A model generated the notes under the pieces. The model saw only the letters and a program-made list of their open reading frames with translations. It was not told where the DNA came from and ran no database searches. A stretch of DNA of 64,000 nucleotides from a bacterium (GTDB taxonomy: Bacteria; Zhuqueibacterota; Zhuqueibacteria; Residuimicrobiales; Krinioviventaceae), in NCBI GenBank assembly GCA_963675755.2, contig CAXXMD010000002.1:2016001-2080000 (forward strand), in the 5' to 3' direction. Shown here piece after piece: positions 8,710-16,563 of the stretch; the stretch's first letter is position 1; every line of letters begins with the position of its first letter. The position numbers and the translations under genes are program-made.

Positions 8710-9795
8710 CTAACTGTGCTCAACCTCAAGACATCCAATAGCCTGTGGATCGATCACATCAAATGCACTTCGTTTCGATACCACAGTCCTTACCTGCTGC
8801 TTGGCGATGATTCGCTCGGTTTCGGTCAGATTCATGCTGTCATTGGTCACATACCCAATTGCATGTGCGGTATCGACTCCCACCAGTTTGTCCGAAGGAA
8901 CAATGTCCCGGTCCCATTCCACACCCCGTGGCAGAATCATACCGGTTTGTCCCCATTGCGCAACCGGATTCTGCATATCAGACAATGCATCCCTGAAATC
9001 GATCATATTGCTCTTGCGGCCCACAAACGCGTTCAAAGCATAAGGCTGCGGCAATGTGGATGCAAAGGTAATGATATCCTTTTTTACAATACTTCCGCTG
9101 GTAGCCGTCTGGCAGGTCTGCTCAGCTTTTAAACCATTATTGTTACCATCGCCGTTCAGCAGCGCATTCACAAGCGCGTCCGACTCATCAAGACCAATCT
9201 GTTTCCCGATACGTTGCAATGCCACCGCGTAAATATTGATTGGCGTTGCATAGATCACTTCATAATCGAACAAAATATTGCGACCAAATTTCGCCAGCGA
9301 GATGCTCTGCTTGCCGGCTTTGATCTGGGTCTGTGGAAACTCTGCGCCCCTCGCCGTTTTTTTCAACTCTCGTGATGCCTGGCTGTCTTCAAGATACAAT
9401 TTGCGGAAATCCAGCCCTGTAATAACCGAAGTTACCGCGACGAACTCGGGTACAATCGATGCCGACAACGCCCCCGCGTAAACGCGATTTGAAATAAATT
9501 CCGGAAACAGTACGCTGGTATCCGCACTCTGGAAAAATTTTTCCACCCGGTCAGTATGCATGCCAAACGCTTTGATATCGTGCGCCTGCAATGCCATCTC
9601 AAATGCCGACAACGGCGGGTCTTCTCCTTTGCGAAGGTATGAGAGCCGCTTTAATTCCTTTTCATAGTTGGCAAGTCCCCAATACTCGCTTGGCTGCTCA
9701 CCCTTTTCTACGCGGTACTCTTCAAGCCATTCACCAAAGGATTTACCCCGCCGTGCGGCTTCATCGTACATCCCGATTTCCAGTTTAAATGCCAT
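8710..9795 (-). CDS. Major capsid protein (HK97 fold)
   Basis: About 361 aa with VEKFFQS..SVLFPEFI, RGAEFP, KFGR...FDYE and LLNGDGNNN patterns, in canonical head-gene order. Start placed at ATG 9795 (SD GGGGAG). Confidence 0.85.
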   Translation of the reverse strand: MAFKLEIGMYDEAARRGKSFGEWLEEYRVEKGEQPSEYWGLANYEKELKRLSYLRKGEDPPLSAFEMALQAHDIKAFGMHTDRVEKFFQSADTSVLFPEFISNRVYAGALSASIVPEFVAVTSVITGLDFRKLYLEDSQASRELKKTARGAEFPQTQIKAGKQSISLAKFGRNILFDYEVIYATPINIYAVALQRIGKQIGLDESDALVNALLNGDGNNNGLKAEQTCQTATSGSIVKKDIITFASTLPQPYALNAFVGRKSNMIDFRDALSDMQNPVAQWGQTGMILPRGVEWDRDIVPSDKLVGVDTAHAIGYVTNDSMNLTETERIIAKQQVRTVVSKRSAFDVIDPQAIGCLEVEHS

Positions 9796-9820
9796 GTAAA
9801 TTCTCCCCAATTTGATTTAA

Positions 9821-10270
9821 TTAAAACAAAACATCCACAGTTAACGTGTCCTGATGTTTGGCAACAATGGCTCCCCATCCGCCGGTACCGCCATCCGCCA
9901 TATACGTATAGTCATCTCCGGTAATCGCTACTGCGTCTTTCAAGCCAACAAGTCCTGAATATTTCAGGTTTTTAACCAGAACAGGTGTATGATGACCACC
10001 CACATCATCTGTGTAATGGAACATTCTCACACCCAGCAGATACCCAAATTCATTGTCTTTTTCGCAGGTAATGATCTCACCATCCGCAACATCGCCGCTT
10101 GCAGGACTCGTAACTTCGTAATTGTTCAACCAGGTCAGTTTTACCAGTCTGCCCTCTACATTTTCATTGTTTGCCATCAGAGCGGTAATCTCGTCCTTAA
10201 AGGTGCTGTCGGGCACACAGCTAAGCTCTAAAAAGTTTCCGGTGTCTCCCCCGCCTATTCCTCTCATCAT
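9821..10270 (-). CDS. Putative capsid decoration/cement protein
   Basis: 149 aa, beta-rich, between protease and capsid genes. SD GAGGAG. Confidence 0.55.
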   Translation of the reverse strand: MMRGIGGGDTGNFLELSCVPDSTFKDEITALMANNENVEGRLVKLTWLNNYEVTSPASGDVADGEIITCEKDNEFGYLLGVRMFHYTDDVGGHHTPVLVKNLKYSGLVGLKDAVAITGDDYTYMADGGTGGWGAIVAKHQDTLTVDVLF

Positions 10271-10288
10271 GTTCCTCCTTGTTTAAAA

Positions 10289-11461
10289 TTAGGATTGTAT
10301 GCTGACTGGTGCCCGAAAAGACCGACTATGCTTTTGGGCCAAATCAGTATCGTTTTGTTTAAACTCCCGCAAATCCTCTGTCAATATCTGTTGATGAGGA
10401 TGTTTTTCATCAAATGCTTTTCTGGAATCCGATACGAGTATCTTTAGCTCCTCCAGAGAAAGCAATTCCAGATTTTGTTTCTCTGCTTCAATACAATCGG
10501 GATTGTCTTTAATCTCCCCCGCAAGACAACCGAATTTAACCGCCTCATTGACCAGCAATTGTCTTTCAGGATCTTTCATTTGTGCACCCTTATCCGGTGT
10601 TCTTTCTGCATCTCTCTTTGCAGCGATTGATTTTCGTGTCCGTGCACCATACTGTGCTCCCAGAAACACATGCGAGCCTTCAAGCGCTTCGGCTTGCCGG
10701 TTTTCTGTGTTACGGTATTCCCACCACAAGATCTTGTCCCCATTACCCGACTTTACAGGTGCCAGTTCCGGAGCACGGAAACCAATACTCATGTCTGAAA
10801 TGATCCCCGAATCGATTTTACGGATTTTCTCAACATCATCCGCCAGCAGATAATAGCTGGCAACCAGCCAATACAAACCATTGTCCTTTTCCGAAATCTG
10901 TTTGTACTGTTCCTTCAGATCTGCACTGCAATGCGGTCCCGCAAGGTTCATCATTTCATCGATGCCAACCTTTTGCAATCGCGATTTGAAATAACGCCCT
11001 TCACCGGTTCCTTCCCAGTCATGCCCGGTCAACACCGCCTTGCCAATAATGGTTTTCTCAAAGGATTGTAATACATCCTTGCTGAACCGTTCCCCGTCCC
11101 GGTCTACAACATTGTGACACAGCCAGGCTTCGTAAACGCGAAAATCTTTGCGATCAAAGGATGACGCGTTTACCATCAGCTTGCACATTGCATCCCAATC
11201 CTCATCACCAATCTCTACCGATTTGGTATGCACACTGAATTGTTTTTGAATACCAGCCAGCCTGTCAAAAGATTTCACCCGGCTCAACCGGTCAAAACGC
11301 TGTTCACAATCCGCCCAGCTCCCATATGCTTTGGCAGGAAACCTCACTTCGGTCAGCCCTGTGTCGGGATGTTTACGACAGTCCAGCAATCCCGCCGGGA
11401 TCTGTTCCGTCTCATCCAAAACACCATAATAATACAACCTGCTTTTTCTTAGAAATTGCAT
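10289..11461 (-). CDS. Prohead protease (HK97/S78-like) fused to a C-terminal scaffold
   Basis: Motifs VDRDGERFS, GHDW, IDSGIISDMSIGF and EALEGSHVFLGAQ, plus a helical C-terminus. SD GAGGGG. Confidence 0.85.
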   Translation of the reverse strand: MQFLRKSRLYYYGVLDETEQIPAGLLDCRKHPDTGLTEVRFPAKAYGSWADCEQRFDRLSRVKSFDRLAGIQKQFSVHTKSVEIGDEDWDAMCKLMVNASSFDRKDFRVYEAWLCHNVVDRDGERFSKDVLQSFEKTIIGKAVLTGHDWEGTGEGRYFKSRLQKVGIDEMMNLAGPHCSADLKEQYKQISEKDNGLYWLVASYYLLADDVEKIRKIDSGIISDMSIGFRAPELAPVKSGNGDKILWWEYRNTENRQAEALEGSHVFLGAQYGARTRKSIAAKRDAERTPDKGAQMKDPERQLLVNEAVKFGCLAGEIKDNPDCIEAEKQNLELLSLEELKILVSDSRKAFDEKHPHQQILTEDLREFKQNDTDLAQKHSRSFRAPVSIQS

Positions 11462-11479
11462 ATCCCCTCTTTTTATTTA

Positions 11480-11743
11480 TTAAAAATTTGCTAAATCACT
11501 TTTCATGCTAAAACAATTTTCAATGAATTGGAGTGCATCGCCTTTATGCGCTTGACCGCCTACTGGCGGTATGCGGCGAGTCGCAGACTCGCTAAAATTC
11601 ACACTTTTTCTCACCTTTCCCTTGACGCCTTCTACACCCATCTCTTTGAATCGCTGTTTTCCATCATTACAATGGACTTTGCCAATTCTCTCCAATCGCC
11701 CGGATTTATGGTTTCTCGGATTAATTACTTTTTGATTTTGCAT
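11480..11743 (-). CDS. Hypothetical basic protein between portal and protease
   Basis: 87 aa ORF with SD AAGGGG that fills the gap in the operon. No recognisable motif. Confidence 0.45.
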   Translation of the reverse strand: MQNQKVINPRNHKSGRLERIGKVHCNDGKQRFKEMGVEGVKGKVRKSVNFSESATRRIPPVGGQAHKGDALQFIENCFSMKSDLANF

Positions 11744-11782
11744 AAAACATCCCCTTGATTTAATTGATTATCCACTGGACGG

Positions 11783-13144
11783 TTACGAATTCAACAGTAT
11801 CTGCCTTGCTTCTTTTACAGCACCATTTGCCTTACTGTCATTGGCAATCCGGTTCAATACCTCCTCTGCACGCGTCACCCCCTGTAACGTTTTCCCCGGA
11901 AAAAAGGGACCGCTTCGCACCAGATGTACAAACTCTTCATCATCAATCATCCCCATATCATACATCCGCTCAAAAGCGCACAGTTCTTTATCCAGCGCTT
12001 GCGCGTTCAAGAGTCTGGCACGGGCCTGCTCGGTCTTGTCCATTAAATTGACTTCTCGCCATTCCAGGTTCCATTGTGCCCCCGCCTCACCTTGTAATAC
12101 CAGAAACGTATTGATCACCCGTCTCAAAATCGGTTCAACCTTGGTCCGGTACGCGTTAATATTCGCCACAATCATATCATTCTGGTTATTGCTCATACGC
12201 TCGGTAGTGGTCCATTTGTACAAGCCAAACATAAATGGCGGCAGCCCGGTCTTGGTAATGATCTCTTCCTGCATTACATGTACCGGTACCTGTAGATTCA
12301 GCACAGGTTCCTGTCCCCCCAATACCTGTACATCAATCCCGGCGCCTTCCGGCACTGCCGCTGCAACATCCCGCACATGCCCCTGTTTGCGGTCCTGAAA
12401 AACACGGGTAATATCGCTTTGCAATCCTTCTGCTGCCTGTTTAACCCGATTAAAATCGCTGCCCCTTCCTCCGCTAACTTTGACCAGAAATGTAGGGTCC
12501 CCAACCCGCCATACCTGGTTCTCAATGGCCTGCTGTATGCGCAAAAAAATCTTGACCACAAAGGGCAGCGAGTAAAACAGACTGTACCCCTGCGGGTGCC
12601 CGTCACGCTGGTCAAAACACAGATAATAGATAAATTCCGGATCATCAAACGGCAGAATATTCAACTCGGAATCCGTCAACTGTCCCAGTTTCAACGTCCC
12701 GTCACGCTCCACAAAACGAAAACTATTGGCGCGCGCAATTTTCAATCGGTCCACACCATTATAATCCGTGTTCGGCACCAATTCTCCAAACCCCATCCCT
12801 TTGGCTAATGCGGAATCACAAATCTGGTCCACCCAGGTATTCAGTCCCCGGTTAAAATGATTAACCTTGACATCTCCCTTGAATGTATTCAGCAGTTTTT
12901 CGATACGTGGATTCGGTGAAGATAGCCGAAAATCCCCAATCAACCGAACCAGTTTGATCACCGCCACATCCAGTATTGGTACAGCTTCTCGCATTAGATC
13001 GTATAAATCCATATTGAATTGCAACGGTTGGTAACCCCTCAGCGCAGTCGCAAAAGGCCCCTCCCATGCGTCACGTGTTTGCGCCCGACTGATCCTGACC
13101 TGCTGTGTATCCCCACCAAACCATACTTTAAACAGATTTTTCAT
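11783..13144 (-). CDS. Phage portal protein
   Basis: 453 aa with LYDLMREAVPILDVAVIKLVRL, GMGFGELV, HPQGYSL and IITKTGLPPFMFG patterns. First gene of the head module; SD GAGGGGAG. Confidence 0.82.
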   Translation of the reverse strand: MKNLFKVWFGGDTQQVRISRAQTRDAWEGPFATALRGYQPLQFNMDLYDLMREAVPILDVAVIKLVRLIGDFRLSSPNPRIEKLLNTFKGDVKVNHFNRGLNTWVDQICDSALAKGMGFGELVPNTDYNGVDRLKIARANSFRFVERDGTLKLGQLTDSELNILPFDDPEFIYYLCFDQRDGHPQGYSLFYSLPFVVKIFLRIQQAIENQVWRVGDPTFLVKVSGGRGSDFNRVKQAAEGLQSDITRVFQDRKQGHVRDVAAAVPEGAGIDVQVLGGQEPVLNLQVPVHVMQEEIITKTGLPPFMFGLYKWTTTERMSNNQNDMIVANINAYRTKVEPILRRVINTFLVLQGEAGAQWNLEWREVNLMDKTEQARARLLNAQALDKELCAFERMYDMGMIDDEEFVHLVRSGPFFPGKTLQGVTRAEEVLNRIANDSKANGAVKEARQILLNS

Positions 13145-13248
13145 TTCATCTCCCCTCTGTAAATCACAACCAAAAGATAAACGAAAATCCTGAAAATCAA
13201 AGCAACATTGGGTAACTTACACAACGCAGAAACAAAAAAAAGCTCTTA

Positions 13249-13695
13249 TCCTACGGGCGGACCTATGTGTCTGCACCCATCTCTGCCCCTTCGTAAGGGC
13301 GGACCTGTGTGTCCGCCCCCATCTCTGCCCCTTCGTAAGGACGGACCTGTGTGTCTGCACCCATCTCTGCCACATCGTACGAGCGGACCTGCGTGTCCGC
13401 CCCCATCTCTGCCCCTTCGTAAGGACGGACCTGTGTGTCCGCCCCCAGCTCTGCCCCATCGTAAGGGCGGACCTGTGTGTCTGCCTCCATCTCTGCCCCT
13501 TCGTAAGGGCGGACCTGTGTGTCCGCTCCCATCTCTGCCCCATCGTAAGGGCGGACCTATGTGTCCGCCCCCAGCTCTGGCCATCGTAAGGACGGACCTG
13601 TGTGTCCGCTCCCATCTCTGCCCCTTCGTAAGGGCGGACCTGTGTGTCCGCCTCCATCTCTGCCCCTTCGTAAGGGCGGACCTGTGTGTCCGCCC
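13249..13695. repeat. Tandem array of a 42-bp REP-like hairpin unit (10 full units plus 1 partial)
   Basis: Consensus tcgtaagggcggacctgtgtgtccgcccccatctctgcccct. Units start at 13249, 13291, 13333, 13375, 13417, 13459, 13501, 13543 (41 bp), 13584, 13626 and 13668. Each contains the palindrome GGGCGGAC-N5-GTCCGCCC after GTAA. Confidence 0.95.
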
Positions 13696-13737
13696 TGGAA
13701 CCCTTTTTTCACATAACTGTAAATATCAAAAAAATCC

Positions 13738-13800
13738 TTGACAAATGTTCAAAAAATTACTATGTTCATTATAAATGAACATTCAAAAATATTGAACATT
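13738..13800 (+). promoter_or_regulatory. Sigma70 promoter overlapped by a nested palindromic operator (probable AbiEi autorepression site)
   Basis: TTGACA(13738)-N17-TATGTT(13761). Arms aatgttcaa/ttgaacatt (13744-52/13792-800) and atgttcatt/aatgaacat (13762-70/13774-82) share the centre 13772. Confidence 0.75.
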
Positions 13801-14787
13801 GTGCAAAAATTACAAAACATCATACAAAATCTAAACACTATCTTTGCCCATGGCATTGAACTCAGGCTGGTAGAAAACAATAATACCCCGCAATTGGATT
13901 TGATCATCAATCAAAAACCTATAAGATTTTCAATCGAATTCAAAACGACTATTAACCGCTCACTGATCACAATATTAAAACATCAAAAGCAGCAACACCA
14001 AACACCGTTTCTGCTCATAACCCCCTATGTCAATCCCGTACTGGCAAAAGAATTAAAACAACAGGAAATACAGTTTATGGATACTGCGGGCAATGCATAT
14101 ATTAACCAAACACCGCTCTATATTTATATACAGGGCAACAAATTGCCAAATTTACCCAACACTACCACAAAGCGGTTATTCAAACCTGCAGGCCTCAAAG
14201 TCCTCTTTGCCCTTTTGACCGTATCTGAACTAGTGAATAAACCTTATCGTGAAATAGCAAAAACTGCTAAAGTTTCTTTAGGCACATTAACCTGGGTAAT
14301 GAACGATCTTGTTGAATTGGGCTATCTCGTTGATTTGGGCAAAAAGGGTAAAAAACTGGTCAACATGCAAACACTAGTGGAAAAATGGTGTTCAGAATAC
14401 AATCATACCCTCAAACCCAGGCTCATAATTGATAGATTTAATGGTCCTGAAAACTGGTGGCAGCAGTTTAATCCGGTTCAACATAATGCACAATGGGGTG
14501 GCGAGGTAGCAGCAGCATTACTGACCCAGTATCTGAAACCTGTAAACACCTTGCTGTATCTTAACGACATGAATTACAGCAAGATCATACAACAGAATCA
14601 CTTACATCAGGATAAAAATGGGAATACGCTTTTCATCCAGTATCCCATTAACATCCAACCTGTTGATAAAACGGTTCACCCGTTATTAATCTATGCGGAT
14701 CTGTTGGATACAACCGATCCCAGAAGTATGGAAACCGCAAAGGTAATCTATGACCAGTACATCGTTCAACTTGTCGGGGAAAATTGA
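13801..14787 (+). CDS. abiEi: Type IV TA antitoxin, AbiEi family
   Basis: FMDTAGNAYI, HTH (PYREIAKTAKVSLGT), WGGEVAAALLTQYLKP and HPLLIYADLL..DPR motifs. The ORF-track TTG start at 13738 is the -35 box, so in-frame GTG 13801 is more likely. Confidence 0.85.
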   Translation: MQKLQNIIQNLNTIFAHGIELRLVENNNTPQLDLIINQKPIRFSIEFKTTINRSLITILKHQKQQHQTPFLLITPYVNPVLAKELKQQEIQFMDTAGNAYINQTPLYIYIQGNKLPNLPNTTTKRLFKPAGLKVLFALLTVSELVNKPYREIAKTAKVSLGTLTWVMNDLVELGYLVDLGKKGKKLVNMQTLVEKWCSEYNHTLKPRLIIDRFNGPENWWQQFNPVQHNAQWGGEVAAALLTQYLKPVNTLLYLNDMNYSKIIQQNHLHQDKNGNTLFIQYPINIQPVDKTVHPLLIYADLLDTTDPRSMETAKVIYDQYIVQLVGEN

Positions 14788-15595
14788 TCCCGAGATACTG
14801 ACTGTTATCCAACATATTAAATCAATCACAGAAAAAATAAACATACCGTTTTTCATTGTTGGAGCAATTGCAAGGGATTTTATCTTTAAATATTGGCAAA
14901 TTGAATCCCCAAGAATGACTATGGACATTGATATTGCCATCCGTATACCCAATTGGGACCGGTTTCACGAGTTAGAAAAAGCATTCCTGGAATCAGGTTT
15001 TTTTGAAAAGGATAGAGAATCCCAACGGTTTCTCTATGATAATTTTATTGTGGATATAATTCCCTTTGGTGACATTGCACAAAACCAGGTCATCAACTGG
15101 CCACCGGATTTTAATATTGCAATGTCAGTTGTAGGATTTGATCAGGCATGGGACTATTCAAGTATCGTCAGATTAAATAATGATCCTGAACTGGATGTTC
15201 GCATTCCCACACTTCCGGGAATGGCGTTAATGAAACTACTCTCCTGGCATACGGCATACCCTGAACGGAATAAAGATGCAAAGGATTTCTGGTTCATTAT
15301 GAATCATTATGAATTTGCAGGCATTGCGGACAGATTGTATAAAACTGAATTCTCTTTATTTGAAAAAGAAAATTACAATCTTCTGCATGCAGGATATGTT
15401 CTGCTGGGTAAAGATATTGCAGCTATATGTAACAAAGAAACAAAAGCGTTGGTCAAACAAATCCTGGCAGATGAAATCGACCAAAATTCAAGCAACAAAT
15501 TGATATTACAAATGCTTACACCTCAGGATCAATTTGAAAAAATATTCAAGGGGCTTGAAAAATTAAAATACGGGTTTATTAGCCAGATTGCTTAA
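14750..15595 (+). CDS. abiEii: AbiEii/AbiGii-family nucleotidyltransferase toxin
   Basis: IVGAIARD...RMTMDIDIAI nucleotidyltransferase motif, VDIIPFG and KLLSW...RNKDAKD. Overlaps the antitoxin 3' end. Confidence 0.85.
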   Translation: MTSTSFNLSGKIDPEILTVIQHIKSITEKINIPFFIVGAIARDFIFKYWQIESPRMTMDIDIAIRIPNWDRFHELEKAFLESGFFEKDRESQRFLYDNFIVDIIPFGDIAQNQVINWPPDFNIAMSVVGFDQAWDYSSIVRLNNDPELDVRIPTLPGMALMKLLSWHTAYPERNKDAKDFWFIMNHYEFAGIADRLYKTEFSLFEKENYNLLHAGYVLLGKDIAAICNKETKALVKQILADEIDQNSSNKLILQMLTPQDQFEKIFKGLEKLKYGFISQIA

Positions 15596-15702
15596 TATAT
15601 AAATATTACCCCCCTATTCTTAACCTGTAAAAAGTGATGTTTTACCTGCCAAATCTTACTTTCGCTGGTTCAAATCTCGAGTTTATCTCAAATCCCCATC
15701 AA

Positions 15703-16401
15703 TTACTCTTTAACCCCGCCAAAAACTTTTTTCAACTCTCCATAGGGTAAAGAAATATTAAAGTATATTTCATATTCTTTGCCATCTTGAGTTTTTGCGC
15801 GCATGACATCAAAATCATATACACCCTCATGAGACAACCATTGTTCCAAATGCTGCATTTGGAAATGCTCCAGAATAATATACTCTTCATCAGTAGATAT
15901 CACTAAAAATGCCGTTTTGGGCGATTTGCCATCACCAGATGCAATAATAGAATGGATCAATCCATCATAAATATTATAATGCAGATTTGAATTTTCATCA
16001 TCCCCAATTTTCCGATAGATATAACCGCAATACAAATGCGTGTTAATATCCACAAAATTCTTGGTAAATATCGAATCCGCTATCATCAGCGCTTCCGAAT
16101 ATTTTTCATCATCCATGAGTTCACGCATTCGGGCATGCCGCTTGCTGGTAGATCGGTCATACGGCGAATACAACTCGGATTTGGTAAAAGCCATTCTCAG
16201 ACTAAAAAAATCATCAAACTGATTTTCAATTAATTTTTGCAGCATCTCTTTAAAATCGTCCGGTTCAAAAGAATTGATATATTCAAAGAAATGGTAATTT
16301 GAATCCGGAACCTGCGTCGTATCAGACATTGTTGGAACCTGATCATTTTGCGCAAACAATCGTATCGCAATAAACAGCACAATAAAGATATACCTTTTCA
16401 C
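15703..16401 (-). CDS. Secreted TPR-like protein (DUF4919-like)
   Basis: Signal peptide from GTG 16401 and the motif SGDGKSPKTAFLVISTDEEY. Confidence 0.7.
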   Translation of the reverse strand: MKRYIFIVLFIAIRLFAQNDQVPTMSDTTQVPDSNYHFFEYINSFEPDDFKEMLQKLIENQFDDFFSLRMAFTKSELYSPYDRSTSKRHARMRELMDDEKYSEALMIADSIFTKNFVDINTHLYCGYIYRKIGDDENSNLHYNIYDGLIHSIIASGDGKSPKTAFLVISTDEEYIILEHFQMQHLEQWLSHEGVYDFDVMRAKTQDGKEYEIYFNISLPYGELKKVFGGVKE

Positions 16402-16563
16402 GATTCTTTCTTCTCCCGTTTTCCTGAATAAAATAACATCAAGCCCAAAATAACAAATAAAGCACCATAAATCAACCCTTAACACATATTTATGAATTTT
16501 ACTTGCATTTCTTTACCGCTTGTTTTATTATAAACTGTTGTTGGATTGAAACAGGATTTAATT

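Larger units (their letters stand above)
1981..13144 (-). mobile_element. Phage-derived head-neck-tail gene cluster without integrase, terminase or replication genes (GTA-like candidate or prophage remnant)
   Basis: Canonical siphovirus structural gene order, all on one strand and tightly coupled. Confidence 0.8.

Noticed and set aside
1981-13144. Tailocin, eCIS or encapsulin
   Set aside because: Portal, protease, capsid and neck genes are present, which excludes a tailocin or encapsulin. No sheath or baseplate wedge genes were recognised, which excludes a contractile system.
13249-13695. CRISPR array
   Set aside because: The sequence between hairpins is near-identical rather than unique spacers, and there are no cas genes in the window.
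13208-13741. Repeat-encoded ORFs (GAEMGADTQVRPYE and proline-rich frames)
   Set aside because: They are open in several frames on both strands only because the 42-bp unit lacks stops. A 1-bp deletion in unit 8 shifts the frame and there is no clear SD.
1981-15595. Complete inducible prophage with att sites
   Set aside because: No integrase, repressor, replication or terminase genes, and no flanking direct repeat or tRNA found by eye.
15660-15685. tRNA T-arm-like GGTTCAAATC as an att remnant
   Set aside because: The flanks do not form a T-stem or acceptor stem.
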